A DNA stretch of 64,000 nucleotides from Eledone cirrhosa. Its lineage: Eukaryota. The stretch covers positions 1 to 64,000 of the forward strand of contig CAXHJY010001753.1 in the NCBI GenBank assembly GCA_964016885.1, in the 5' to 3' direction. Below, one piece after another: positions 10,630-23,700 of the stretch. Numbering within the stretch: the first letter of the stretch is position 1; each line of letters opens with the position of its first letter. The position numbers were made by a program, and so were the translations under genes. The notes below the pieces were generated by a model. It searched no databases. It had not been told where the DNA came from and saw only the letters and a program-made list of their open reading frames with translations.

Positions 10630-13205
10630 GATAGTGGTTGTGGTAGTGGTTGTGGTGGTGGTAATGGTGGTTGTGGTTGTAATGATGATGGTTGTGGTAG
10701 TGGTTGTAGTGGTGGTAATGGTGGTTGTGGTTGTAATGATAGTGGTTGTGGTAGTGGTTGTGGTGGTGGTAATGGTGGTTGTGGTTGTAATGATGATGGT
10801 TGTGGTAGTGGTTGTAGTGGTGGTAATGGTGGTTGTGGTTGTAATGATAGTGGTTGTGGTAGTGGTTGTGGTGGTGGTAATGGTGGTTGTGGTTGTAATG
10901 ATGATGGTTGTGGTAGTGGTTGTAGTGGTGGTAATGGTGGTTGTGGTTGTAATGATAGTGGTTGTGGTAGTGGTTGTGGTGGTGGTAATGGTGGTTGTGG
11001 TTGTAATGATGATGGTTGTGGTAGTGGTTGTAGTGGTGGTAATGGTGGTTGTGGTTGTAATGATAGTGGTTGTGGTAGTGGTTGTGGTGGTGGTAATGGT
11101 GGTTGTGGTTGTAATGATGATGGTTGTGGTAGTGGTTGTAGTGGTGGTAATGGTGGTTGTGGTTGTAATGATAGTGGTTGTGGTAGTGGTTGTGGTGGTG
11201 GTAATGGTGGTTGTGGTTGTAATGATAGTGGTTGTGGTAGTGGTTGTAGTGGTGGTAATGATGGTTGTGGTTGTAATGATGGTGGTTGTGGTAGTGGTAA
11301 TGGCGGATGTGGTTGTAATGATGGTGGTTGTGGTAGTGGTTGTGGTGGTGGTAATGGTGGTTGTGGTTGTAAAGATGGTGGTTGTGGTAGTGGTTGTGGT
11401 GGTGGTAATGGTGGTTGTGGTTGTAATGATGGTGGTTGTGGTGGTGGTAATGGTGGTTGTGGTTGTAATGATGGTGGTTGTGGTAGTGGTAATGGCGGAT
11501 GTGGTTGTAATGATGGTGGTTGTGGTAGTGGTTGTGGTGGTGGTAATGGTGGTTGTGATTGTAATGATGGTGGTTGTGGTAGTGGTTGTAGTGGTGGTAA
11601 TGGTGGTTGTGGTTGTAATGATGGTGGTTGTGGTGGTGGTAATGGTGGTTGTGGTTGTAATGATGGTGGTTGTGGTGGTGGTAATGGTGGTTGTGGTTGT
11701 AATGATGGTGGTTGTGGTAGTGGTTATGGTGGTTGTGGTTGTAATGATCGTGGTTGTGGTAGTGGTTGTGGTGGTGGTAATGGTGGTTGTGGTTGTAATG
11801 ATGATGGTGTGGTAGTGGTTTGTGGTGGTAATGGTGGTTGTGGTTGTAATAATGGTGGTTGTGGTAGTGGTTGTGGTGGTGGTAATGGTGGTTGTGGTTG
11901 TAATGATGGTGGTTGTGGTGGTGGTTGTGGTGGTGGTAATGGTGGTTGTGGTTGTAATGATGATGGTTGTGGTAGTGGTTGTAGTGGTGGTAATGGTAGT
12001 TGTGGTTGTAATGATGATGGTTGTGGTAATGGTTGTAGTGGTGGTAATGGTAGTTGTGGTTGTAATGATGGTGGTTGTGGTAGTGGTTGTGGTGGTGGTA
12101 ATGGTGGTTGTGGTTGTAATGATGATGGTTGTGGTGGTGGTTGTGGTGGTGGTAATGGTGGTTGTGGTTGTAATGATGATGGTTGTGGTAATAGTTGTAG
12201 TGGTGGTAATGGTAGTTGTGGTTGTAATGATCGTGGTTGTGGTAGTGGTTGTGGTGGTGGTAATGGTGGTTGTGGTTGTAATGATGGTTGTTGTGGTTGT
12301 GGTTGTGGTGGTGGTAATGGTAGTTGTGGTTGTAATGATGGTGGTTGTGGTAGAGGTTGTGGTGGTGGTAATGGTGGTTGCGGTTGTAATGATGACGGTT
12401 GTGGTGGTGGTAATGGTGGTTGTGGTTATAATGATGATGGTTGTGGTAATGGTTGTGGTGGTGGTAATGGTGGTTGTGGTTGTAATGATGGTGGTTGTGG
12501 TAGAGGTTGTGGTGGTGGTAATGGTGGTTGCGGTTGTAATGATGACGGTTGTGGTGGTGGTAATGGTGGTTGTGGTTGTAATGATGATGGTTGTGGTAAT
12601 GGTTGTGGTGGTGGTAATGGTGGTAATGGTTGTAATGATGGTGGTTGTGGTAGTGGTTGTGGTGGTGGTAATGGTGGTTGCGGTTGTAATAATGGTGGTT
12701 GTGGTGGTGGTAATGGTGGTTGTGGTTGTAATGATGACGGTTGTGGTAGCGGTTGTGGTGGTGGTAATAGTGGTTGTGGTTGTAATGATGGTGGTTGTGG
12801 TAGTGGTTGTGGTGGTGGTAATGGTGGTTGTGGTTGTAATGATGGTGGTTGTGGTAGCGGTTGTGGTGGTGGTAATGGTAGTTGTGGTTGTAATGATGGT
12901 GGTTGTGGTAGTGGTTGTGGTGGTGGTAATAGTAGTTGTGGTTGTAATGATGGTGGTTGTGGTAGTGGTTGTGGTAATGGTGGTTGTGGTTGTGGTAGTG
13001 GTGGTAATGGTAGTTGTGGTTGTAATGATGGTGGTTGTGGTAGTGGTTGTGGTGGTGGTAATAGTGGTTGTGGTTGTAATGATGGTGGTTGTGGTAGTGG
13101 TTGTGGTGGTGGTAATGGTGGTTGTAGTTGTAATGATGGTGGTTGTGGTAGTGGTTGTAGTGGTGGTAATGGTAGTAATGGTGGTTGTAATGATGGTGGT
13201 TGCGA
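10630..13205. repeat. GGT/TGT-rich minisatellite, 54-bp unit (108-bp higher-order dimer at the left end, shorter variants internally)
   Basis: unit agtggttgtggtagtggttgtggtggtggtaatggtggttgtggttgtaatgat repeated with variants; explains the long low-complexity ORFs in several frames. Confidence 0.9.
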
Positions 13206-14142
13206 CCGTGTTGATTGAAGTGGAGGAGGTTGTGGTATTGATGATGTTGAAGATGATAATGATGGTCATTAGATTGTATCGATGAACAATGAACAAGATA
13301 ATTGCAGCAATTAAAATCTAAAGCCGAGGCAAACGATAAAAAAGTATTTAAAAAAACAACAACAAGGAAATATGCGAAATGAAATTCAATTAAGATAGAA
13401 TAGAATATTTCGAATGATCGTTTGATTGTTTATTTGAATTCATATGATTTCATTAGAAGTATTGTGGTATAGTGTTGTTGTTGTGTGCTTTCATTCCCTT
13501 TTAAAGAGATGTTGTTTCTCGGAACTCGTGCATATATGCGTGAGAGACTCGAAAACCAAATCTATGCATATGTACATTTGAATGGATACATATATGCTTA
13601 TATGTGTAGATGTGAGTACATATTAGTGTGTAAGTACGTTTTTGTTTGTGTAGGTACATAAGTGCGTCCGTATGTGTGTGTGTGTGTGTGTGAGGGCATC
13701 CACGTTTGTGTAAGTCTGGTGAAAACGAAATGCCCAATCAGATAAGCTATTGCAATATTAATTAATATATTGTCACAGAGATATTATGTAACAAATACCG
13801 TCATGTTTTTTTTTAAAAGAACATTAAACTATACAAGCTTCAAAAACACATAGGTTTCTGGAAATCTCTAACATATCAATTATAAACACCATTAGGCTTC
13901 TATGTAACCATGTGTATGTGATAGTAGCGAAATAACCGAGTCAATAATCCTATAACTTGTTTAATAATTCGCAGTCTCAAATGTGATAAATGTATTTTGT
14001 CTATTTATCTGTGTGAATGTGGAAGAGGCGAAATGACACTTCAGAATACCATCACACCCCCGTTCATATAACTGGCCGTGCTCATACAAATACATAATCT
14101 AGAAGTGCAATAAACACAAACCAAATAGTAGCATTATTAATA

Positions 14143-14700
14143 ATAGTTTCTACTTTTGGCACGAGGCCAGCAATTATCCCAGTGTATTACTTTATTTTAT
14201 CGACCCCGTAAGGATGAGGGGCAAAGTTAACCTTGGCGGGATTTGAACTCAGACCGCAAAGGGTCATAACTCTATGCTGCAAAGCATGGCGTTTGACCCT
14301 CTACAGATACTGCCAATCCACCGTAGCATTATTAATAATTTTTTAGAGGTGGATTGGCAGTATCGGTAGAGGGTCGGACGCCATGCCTTGACGCATAGAA
14401 TTGCGGCCCTTTCCATTCTCAGTTCAAATCCAGCCGAGGTTAACTTTGTGTTTCATCTTTACGGGGTCGATACAATACAGTACCAGTAATGCACTGGATA
14501 ATTGCTGGCCTTGTGCCAAAAGTAGAAACAATTATTAATAATTTTCTAATTTAGGCACAAAGCCAACAATTTCGGTGGAGGGGAAAGGTGATTTCAAATG
14601 GACCCTAGTGCGTTACTGATACCTTAATTTATCGATCTCATAAGGATGAAATGCAAAGTTAACTTCGGTGGGATTTGAATTCAGAACATAAAGGGACGTA
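14143..14700. mobile_element. Cluster of three SINEs: ~14143-14322 (-), ~14349-14531 (+), ~14540-14700 (-)
   Basis: each carries the SINE core; TSD gtagcattattaataat (14128-14144 / 14323-14339) and attattaataatttt flanking the second copy. Confidence 0.85.
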
Positions 14701-15087
14701 ATAGTATTATTAATAAGAAAAATTTATAGTATTGGCACAATGCTAAAAATTATATTGATCCTTGTAATTGGCTAGTATTTTATTTTATCGACCTCGGAAA
14801 AATCACAGGAAAAGATGACATTGAACGGGATTAATAGATCATAACTAAATACATCCTCGTGATCTATTTACGGTTGTAGTGTTTGTATGGCGCTTATGTT
14901 GTAGTCGTGAATATTAGTATATCTGTAACTTTGGAGTATGTATAAATTTACCTGTATAATTATAGTGATATAAATTTACCTGTATAATTATAGTGTATCG
15001 ATGGATTAGTTGTTGTATGAAGCGAGGAGTCACTGTAATAATGGTAGTATGCATTAAGATTAATCAGTCACAGTTTCAAAGCGAAAT

Positions 15088-15268
15088 AATTGTTTCTACT
15101 TTTGGCACAAGGCCAGAAATTACCCAGTGTACTACTGGTACTTTATTTTATCGACCCCGTAAGGATGAAAGGCAAACTTAATCTCGGCGGGACTTGAATT
15201 CAGTCCGTAAAGGGACGTAACTGTGCTGTAAATCATGGCGTCCGACCCTCTACCGATACTGCCAATCC
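15088..15268 (-). mobile_element. SINE with 14-bp TSD
   Basis: SINE head/core/tail; caaagcgaaataat on both sides. Confidence 0.9.
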
Positions 15269-15600
15269 AAAGCGAAATAATGGGAAATGATTATAGGTGT
15301 GTATATTAATCATTCATTAAGAATAACATATCTTACAATGAAAAAGAAGAAAGACTATATATTTGACTTCTTAGAAACACCGGCATTTGCCTAAAGTTTT
15401 TCTCCGAAGAAGAGCAAGTGTTCTAACTGTTGAATTGTTCACACCCCACGGCAAACTATCTCATTGTAATTTTGTTACAACCTACCAGCATTTATGGATT
15501 AACTTTTGCCAACGCCGAATATTACTAGTTACCTTAGATTCCAGTTTTTATAGTATATGAAACAACGATATTATCCAATTAACAAAGCATTCCAACTTAC

Positions 15601-15764
15601 AGTATAGTTATTTTTTAGAACCTTCTCTCGAAAGTCGAAGTCTGCAACAACAAATGCGAGTAAGTATGAAGACATAATTGGTGAGGTGGCGTACTGGTTT
15701 CGTATCCACTTATCTGATAGTTTCGTTTGATTGATAATAGGCATATTACTAAGAGCAACATATC
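15601..15764 (-). CDS. Exon of M1-family aminopeptidase (aminopeptidase N/A-like), N-terminal domain
   Basis: ttccattttag|GA...ACT|gtaagt; 164 bp, phase 1 to phase 0; encodes (G)YVALSNMPIINQTKLSDKWIRNQYATSPIMSSYLLAFVVADFDFREKVLKNNYT with the M1 motifs ALSNMP and P-MS-YLLAFVV-DF. Confidence 0.93.
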
Positions 15765-16494
15765 CTAAAATGGAAAAAAAAAAGAACGTGTATTTATTTT
15801 ACATACATACGCTTGATGTCAACATAATATCCGAAGAATGAAATGCATTCTTCGTGACTAATTTAGTATATACTTTACAACTGCTATATTAAAAAGAAAT
15901 GTTCTTTTCATCATCATCATCATCATCATCATCGTCGTCATCGCCGCCGCCGTAAAAGAAGGGCTGGGCTGTTTATCTGTCTGTCCGTCACAAAATATAT
16001 ATATCTTGGACTGAAAAGAGGAGACAAACCCCTTTTTAAAGTTGAAAGGTGAAAGGAAGTAACTTATGTCATGCTTATAGTATATTGCAAGCTTCAGATT
16101 CTACAAGGGTTAGAGGTAATAAGGTAGAGATCTGTAAGAGAGGGTGGTGATCAGGAGCTAGTTGGGAGGGGGTAACTTGTTCTTGTATAGTATTATTTTT
16201 TCATATCTAATATAGAACATTATTATAGCTAGCATTTATAACTGATACTGAACCTTAAAACATAATTATCAATTATTTTTAATGATCTTCCAAAGTATTT
16301 TAGGCAAGGATTTATGGTAAATAAGGAAACTTAATGTTATCATGAACGTTGCGTTAGAGGCGTCTTTAAAAAGCATTTTCTTAACTGTTGATAATGGTTA
16401 ATTGCTTGGAAAGTTTAACATAGAAATATGTGTAACGAAGGAAAAGAAATCTCAATAAAGTGGAAATCGGATAAATGAAGAAAATGACCTTTAC

Positions 16495-16604
16495 CTGGAG
16501 GATATATAATACTGACTGTAAATCGGGCTTTTAGGTCAGGTTCGTCGAAACAGGGGAATACTTTTCTTGCATCAGCTGCTTGTAGTTGGGACGAGGCCAA
16601 ATAT
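16495..16604 (-). CDS. Exon of M1-family aminopeptidase, immediately upstream of the 15601-15764 exon
   Basis: ttttgtgtag|A TAT...CCA G|gtaaag; 110 bp; encodes [36 protein letters not shown](G) with the AR-xFPCFDEP motif; phase matches the next exon. Confidence 0.93.
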
Positions 16605-16869
16605 CTACACAAAATAATTAACAGAATGACGTAGTTAGTAAATGATTTAGTTATGTCAGAAGAATTTCTATTTTATAAATTATTTCTATTTTTGGCAACT
16701 TTTACATCAATGTTTTTAATCAAGGTTGGGATATATGAGTATGATCAAACTAACCACAATACGATTTGAACCTGTTTTTGGGATGCATGAAACTCGAAGG
16801 TGTATTGTATCGTGTCTAACTGACGCATCACTATCATCTCTATCACAATTGCCTGCATATGATCTACCT

Positions 16870-17370
16870 CCGTCGGTTTTCATGACGAGTGTTATAGTTG
16901 TTTGATTAACGGAACAGACTGATCATGAAATTAACGTATAGTATGCTTAAGATTCCACAGATACGTGTACTCGTAAGGTAATACTCAGGGAGTGTGACAT
17001 GACTGGTCCTTTGAATGAAAAGTACAGTCCATCCGACGGGCTTCCAAACAGCTTCCGTCTACCTAGCCTGGAGCTATGATAGATAACACTTGCTCAAGAT
17101 GCCACGCATACATTTATGCTCATAAATCCTATGTAGCCTGGTTTCTATTTGTGTTTGGTGCGAATGTAGTATGGCCTAATGGTTAAGAAGTCCGCTTCAC
17201 AATCATTAGGTCCTAATTTCGATCCCACTGCTTGGCTTTTCCGACAGGTGCTATTTACCATAGTTTTGGACTGATACTTGCCTTGGATAGACAGAAACTG
17301 TTTGGAACCCCGTCGGATGGACAGTGCCTTGAATTTCCCTGAGAATTACGTTAAGGAGGGGCACGAGTAT
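16870..17370. mobile_element. Head-to-head pair of a second, older tRNA-derived SINE family (~16870-17110 minus, ~17166-17370 plus)
   Basis: tggcctaatggttaag...ttcgatccc tRNA-like head; agaaactgtttggaaccccgtcggatgg mirrors ccatccgacgggcttccaaacagcttcc. Confidence 0.55.
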
Positions 17371-18519
17371 ATGTGTTATTAAATATGGTGGTTGATTTAA
17401 GACATTCTTTCAATCGTTGTGTAGTTTGTTCTGGGAATCTGTATTGTGAGTTCAAATTTGTTCGGAATCAATAAAGAAAGTACTAGCTAGCTGAGTACTG
17501 GTGCAGCTATCTTTTATTCTAGCTGTCGCATCCTAGATGTTCTGCTGGATCGCGAGTGTGCGAGTCGAGAAGGAGTCTGTGTCTGCTCGTGATTGTAAGG
17601 TCACCTAAAGCCCTAAGCAAAAACATCATAGTACATTCTACTAAGTCGTACACGATTATGTGTGATAGCTGTAGTATTTTATTATCAAGTCCCTACCATA
17701 AATACCGAGTCCATTAGACCTCATTTGAAGCAGTGAATATATTTACCTTGGGGATTGCCACTGAAAACTTATATATTGGATCAAAACAATTCAGTTTAAC
17801 AGGCCACACACATCACCAAGCGATTGAATTTAGTTTCATAATTTTAACCTATGACTGCATACGTTGATTATACTATTTTCCTTCCTATGGGTGTATGTAT
17901 TTACAATTGAGTAGATTGCATAAAATATGGCGAATTGGCATATTTAATAGAATGTCGGATAGAATGCTTTGACGTATCTGTTACGGTTCTCTTCTCTCTG
18001 AGTTCAAATTCCACCAAGGTCAACTTTGCCTTTCATCCATTCGGGGTCGGTAAAACAGTACTAGTCTAGTACTGGGGTCGATTCTTCCTCCCTATCCCTT
18101 TCTCACGTCTATTCTCTCAGTGTCTGTTGTATTCAGACCTGGAGAGGAGATACGCACCACCAGATTTTAAAAAGCTCTAGAAACATTGTATGTCAATTCA
18201 GCGCCCCTATGACCCCCGACCCAAGAGTTACATAACCATGCATATACATTGTATCAAAAAACCCAGATAATCATCTCACTGCCGGTAGTGGAAGGTCAGC
18301 AGTTCATTCCCTGTCCATGGTATTGTAGTAACTGAAATTAGGTAATGCAGGATGGTATAAATTTAATACTTTCGGGACTAATGGTGTTCTACCACCGAGG
18401 AGTATTATTCTGGTTTACGGTGGCAATTTCAATACCACTAACAAAACTGATTTCTCAATAGGAAGGTATGTTTCGCATCCACTTAACTTTCAAGAAAGTC
18501 AAGATAAATACACCCTCGC

Positions 18520-20530
18520 CCATCTCTAATTGGAACAATCTCTCCTGTTTCCCATTTTGAAAATAGGCATTATCACTTACGATTGCCATTGCTTAGGTGC
18601 CTTTTCAGAGATCCAGGTCACCCGGCACACACGAGTCAGCAAGAGAATATCTTCTCTATTTAAGGCTTTTAACATCCCCAGCGGCCCTGCCACATTTGAG
18701 CTTTTTAACTGCTCTTATGACCTCAGTCTGCGAAAGATTAGTCACCGTTCCCAGATGCACCTCGTGCACATCAGAAAATGCTGTTGCGATCGGGTTCATG
18801 AGATCAGCAAAATATTCCCTTTAACTCGCGAGGATGCACCACTCTGCATAGAGGAGAACCCCAGATGCGTTTCTGATAGCAGATGTGGAGGAGAACGTCT
18901 TAATCCCAAAGTCCTCCCATGTCTTAACTTTAGACACCTTTACTGTCTCTGCTGCGATTGAACCAAGGAGTCCTCCTGCCATTCGGAGCCATAGCAAGTC
19001 TCTTTCGCCCACAGCATTTAACAGCTGAAGCAGAAACTGTTGAGCTGAACAATCTCCACTCTGTCTCAAAGTCCCCAGTTTTCTCAGGGAGTTCTCTGAA
19101 TTTGGATGCAATAGTATCTGTTTACCTGTTGTTGACTTCCATATGTACCAACGCTTCCCACTTTATCCTGTAGATCGTCCTGGACCTGTAAGTGTTGTGG
19201 GTTTCTTTGGCTTTAGTTTGTCTCGGGTTGCAGATAACCACATGGTGATAAACTGGTAACTCAGCCCCTCTCTTAACATCCAGCACAGAATGAAAGAAAC
19301 CAGAGACGATAACAAAATCAATTACTGATCTCTGTCCCTGATTCCTTTTATACCATGTATATTTATGGATGTCTCTGTGCTGGAAAAATGTATTCATTAT
19401 AGCATTATAGAGAGTCCATTACTAAATCTAATAGTCTAATAAGTCCATTACTAGTCTAATAAGGCCTCTCTATTCCTTGGTAAGCCTCACCAGTAAAATC
19501 TATGCCAAGTTCCTGGGAAAGAGATACCCAGAGATTGTCGACTTCAAGCTAGCTGATGAACAGTATGATTTTCGCCCCGGGCGCAGCATAGCCGACCAAA
19601 TATTCACACCGCGGCAGGTCTTCCAGATATCGTGGAAGTATTGCCAAGAGGTATATTTCTTTTTGTAGACTTCGAAAAAGCACGTGACCGCGTTTCTCCG
19701 GACCTGATGTGGAAGGATGTGCAAGAGTATGAGATCGATGGTAAGCTTCTTGCTCTCTTGATGTCTCTATACGAATGCCCGTGTATATGTGTTTGGATAA
19801 ATGGTGCTAAATCGAAACCAATCAATGTAGGAGTCGGACTCCGCCAAATGTGCGTACTGTCACATCTCCTGTTCATTATTTTCATGAATAGAATTGATAT
19901 GCACAGCCGTGCTGGAAGTGGTATCACGACTAGCTGGTGTAAAATCAGTCAAATGGAATTTGCAAACAACATGGTATTACTGAACTCGATAGGTGATCTC
20001 TGATTTGCATTTGATAGGTTTGTTGCCGACTGCTGCATGGCTGGAATGAAAATCAGTGCTGCGAAAACTGAGACACTCGTCCTCTCAAGCAAGCCTGCAC
20101 ATTGTACTTTACATGCGATTGAATTTATACTGAAGCAGGTGGAGAAGATCAAGTATCTCGGGGCCGTGCTCACGAATGATGGACGGCAGGAGGTTGAATT
20201 AAGTGCAAGAATTGCAGGAGCTGGTGCAGTAATATGCCAGCTTCAGCATTCGGTAATCAGTGGAAGGGAGGTGGGTGAGGTCGAAACTCGCTATCTTCAA
20301 TTCCTAATTCTTGACAAACCTTACATATGGTCATGAGACTTGGTAATGACCGAAAAAATACGATCGCGAATGCAAGCGGCCGAAATGGGGTTCCTCTGAA
20401 TGGTTTTTGTAGTAACGTTATTCGATAGAGTGCGTAGCTCGGAAATGAGAGAGTCACTTCAGGTAGAGCTCCTACTTCTCCGAATTGAGAAATTACAGCT
20501 CCGATACTATGACCATATGGTTAGAAGTTC
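18520..20530. mobile_element. Decayed RTE-clade LINE with 5' inversion: 18520-19400 (minus; APE C-terminus and linker) and 19465-20530 (plus; RT and C-terminus)
   Basis: minus: MNTFFQHRDIHKYTW...RSVIDFVIVS...VIMPIFKMGNRRDCSN; plus: SLVSLTSKIYAK...EQYDFRPGRS-ADQIF...FVDFEKA-DRV...GLRQ-CVLS-LLF...FANN...KYLG; many stops and frameshifts. Confidence 0.85.
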
Positions 20531-20545
20531 TCTTCGCTGTGTCTA

Positions 20546-20546
20546 T

Positions 20547-20640
<94 letters not shown>
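20546..20640. repeat. (TCTA)n microsatellite
   Basis: about 23 direct tcta units. Confidence 0.95.
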
Positions 20641-20645
<5 letters not shown>

Positions 20646-20759
20646 GCCTGACGCGTCAAACATCGCCGGTAAGATTTTTTGTAAATTTATATCCGAAAAA
20701 CAGAACAAATTGTTTGAAAAAACATATTATTTTGTAGATTAACCCCCAAGCTGGATCGT

Positions 20760-23700
20760 CAGCTGGGTGGTAATCCCATTTTTCGCCCCTTTAGGGGCGA
20801 AAATTAAATTTAAAAATTGTTTTAAAATATCAAATTTTGCAAACTATAAAACATGGATAACACGAAGGGAACGCTGGAGAACGTCAATAGAGAAAAGAGA
20901 GAGAAAGAGGCAGATTTTAACGTTATATCTGCTTCTGCTACTATGGACGTCGCCATAGATACGACTGTCAACAAAGAGGAAAAAATGTTACTACTCGAAA
21001 ATTGTACAATTTCTACCGTCGAAACGGAGAAACTTAACACTAACTCACATGAAAACACAAAAATTAAACCTATTAACATACATACACATGAAAAAGACAT
21101 CAACAACTCCACAGATACATCTACACATAAAGTTTCACCTCGTCAAGGAACTGAGATTTCCAACATCGAGGCTAACAACGATAACAACAACAGCATCACC
21201 ACACAAAAAAAGAAAATGTCTTTCGCTGAAACAGTGAATAAAAAACAAGATTTTAGGAATCTTGACATCTCCAATGCAAGAGATATGCTCCAGTAAGGGA
21301 GAAAATGTGTAACTTTCGTAGAAAAAAGTGCGTTTAGAATTAACTCACCCCTTGAATAAAGGAAGACACATTTCTCAGATCAGTCACCTTTAGGACTTGT
21401 CCAATCCCACGAGAAAGCCGATATTTGTTAGTCAAGCAGATATAGAAGCTACTTTCAAGGAAATTCTAGCAAATATCGATTTTCTCCAACGAGGAAAACA
21501 GTACGAAAGTGTTTCCGTACTGTTTAAAAGCGAGGCAATGGCACAAAAACATTTTGTGACACCAATGGTGTCAAAAGCATTCACCTTTTTCCCTACATAC
21601 ATGGGAAAAAAGGACACAAAAAATAAATATAAAAAATATACCCCCAAACATTAACATCTGGTGGATCTTGGCTGGCTTCGTAGAGCCAGAAACTGATATG
21701 ATTCTTTCGATACGAAAGTCTATTCGACAAAGGTGGGCGGGTACTGATTTGGAGATTCTGTTGCAAATGAGGCTGGAGAGAATATCCAAAATATCTGAAA
21801 GAGTCGTCATCGATGATGACAACAAAATAAACATTTCGGTAGAAGGACGAAAATTTCATTGCTTTCGCTGTGGTAGCACAGCACACCTAAAAGCCTCTCG
21901 TCCTTCACAAACACACCACAACAACATCATTAAAAAACACTATTACCAACACCAACACAAAACAACCACCACCACCACAAGTACAACGACAGACCAAACG
22001 AGCAACCACACCAAAACAAACAGACACTCAACCAACAACAATATAAAAAACAGAGACAACACCCTTGAAGAACACAGCCCCACCCCATCCCACTCCATCA
22101 AGCACTACCACAAACACACACACCGAAACACCAGCACCACACAACATACCCCTACCCCACACTCCTGACGATGATTATTCATCGACGGATGAGGTTGCTT
22201 CTCCTTCTTTCAGTGAAGAAGAGAGAGAGTCGCAGAAATCTAAAAAACAAAAAAAGAGACACCACAAAACCCCCAAAACTCCAATCAGCAACACACAACC
22301 ACAGACACAAACAACACCACAGTCAAATATCCCCCTATCAGCAAAACCAACACAAACACCACCCCAAACACAAGCTCCCACCATAAAAAGAAAACTCCCG
22401 GACGAACAACAAACTAAAACAACACAACAAAAACACAAACAATAATACGCATACATCAACACAAACAACAAGAGTTTGATGGAGGTCATCTCCCAAAACC
22501 CCAAGGTGGAGACGGAGGGCAAAACTTTCGTCAAGGCAGAATCTTCTCCACACCTTAAACTTATAAGGGTTTCTATGGAAACCTATTATGACCTGAAAAA
22601 TAAATTTTCACATGACGTGGGCAACCCCTGCCAGAAACCCATCAATGGCGTCCTGTTAAAATGTTTCCCCACCCCACCCAACACCCCATCCAGCACCCAA
22701 ATGGAGATTGCACAACCCGATCTCCAGGAAACGAAAAAGTAAGTGCACCTTTCGTCCTTTTTTTCCAACTCTTCTTCACCAACAAGGCTAGTTTACAAGT
22801 TGGAAGCGTGAATGTGCGTGGCCTAGGGATGTCCTGGAAACAGGGCCAACTTTTAAACGACCTTAGTTCATACGGTATGGATGTGATAGCCATCACCGAG
22901 TCCAGGATACACAACAGGCAGCAACTAACCCCCATCTTCGACGACTTTGAAATCTACGCATCTCTCTGTCAGCCAGGAGGTGGAGGCGGAGTGGATGTCA
23001 TGTTTCGGAAGAACCTGGGCGTCGAAGTACAGCAAGTACACTTAGACCCGGAGGGTAGACTGGTAGTCCTAGACGTGAACAGTATTGGAGGTGGAGCCTT
23101 CAGACTGGTGTCCGTTTATGCCCCGACCGGGCAATCGCAATCACGGCCAGAATTCTTTAAGCGTCTAGAGTATTTTCTGGGAACGCTCGCTCCTTACTTT
23201 TAGTAGGGGACTGGAATGGTATCCTAGATGCACGATGGGACTATGTGGGAGCATGTCCCAGTGGAGGGGGGTGCAACAGCCTCAAAACTTTAATCGGTCG
23301 ATTCCAACTGGCCGATAGGTATCGACTGGATTCCCCGACTGCACCACAGTGGACGTGGGCAAACCGCAGTGGGACATCTAGATCGTATTTAGATAGGTTC
23401 TTCATTAGAGAAAGGGACGAGGAGATGTTAACCTGTCCACGAATTCACATGGTTGCCTATTCAGATCACAAATTAGACGTCTGCTTATACCAAGTCTCAT
23501 GACCATATTAGTCGTCTACTTATACAACAATAGATGCTGGTACTCTCTCAAGAAAGCAATTAGAATAGATTCGATAGGGTTTAGCAGAGAGTTAGCCTTA
23601 AAGAAAAACAAACTAGAAAGAGAACTAGTAGCCAAGGTAGAGGAGGCACTTAGAAGTGGCAACGCGGCTAGAGTGTTAGCGTCGAGATCGGCACTGGACC

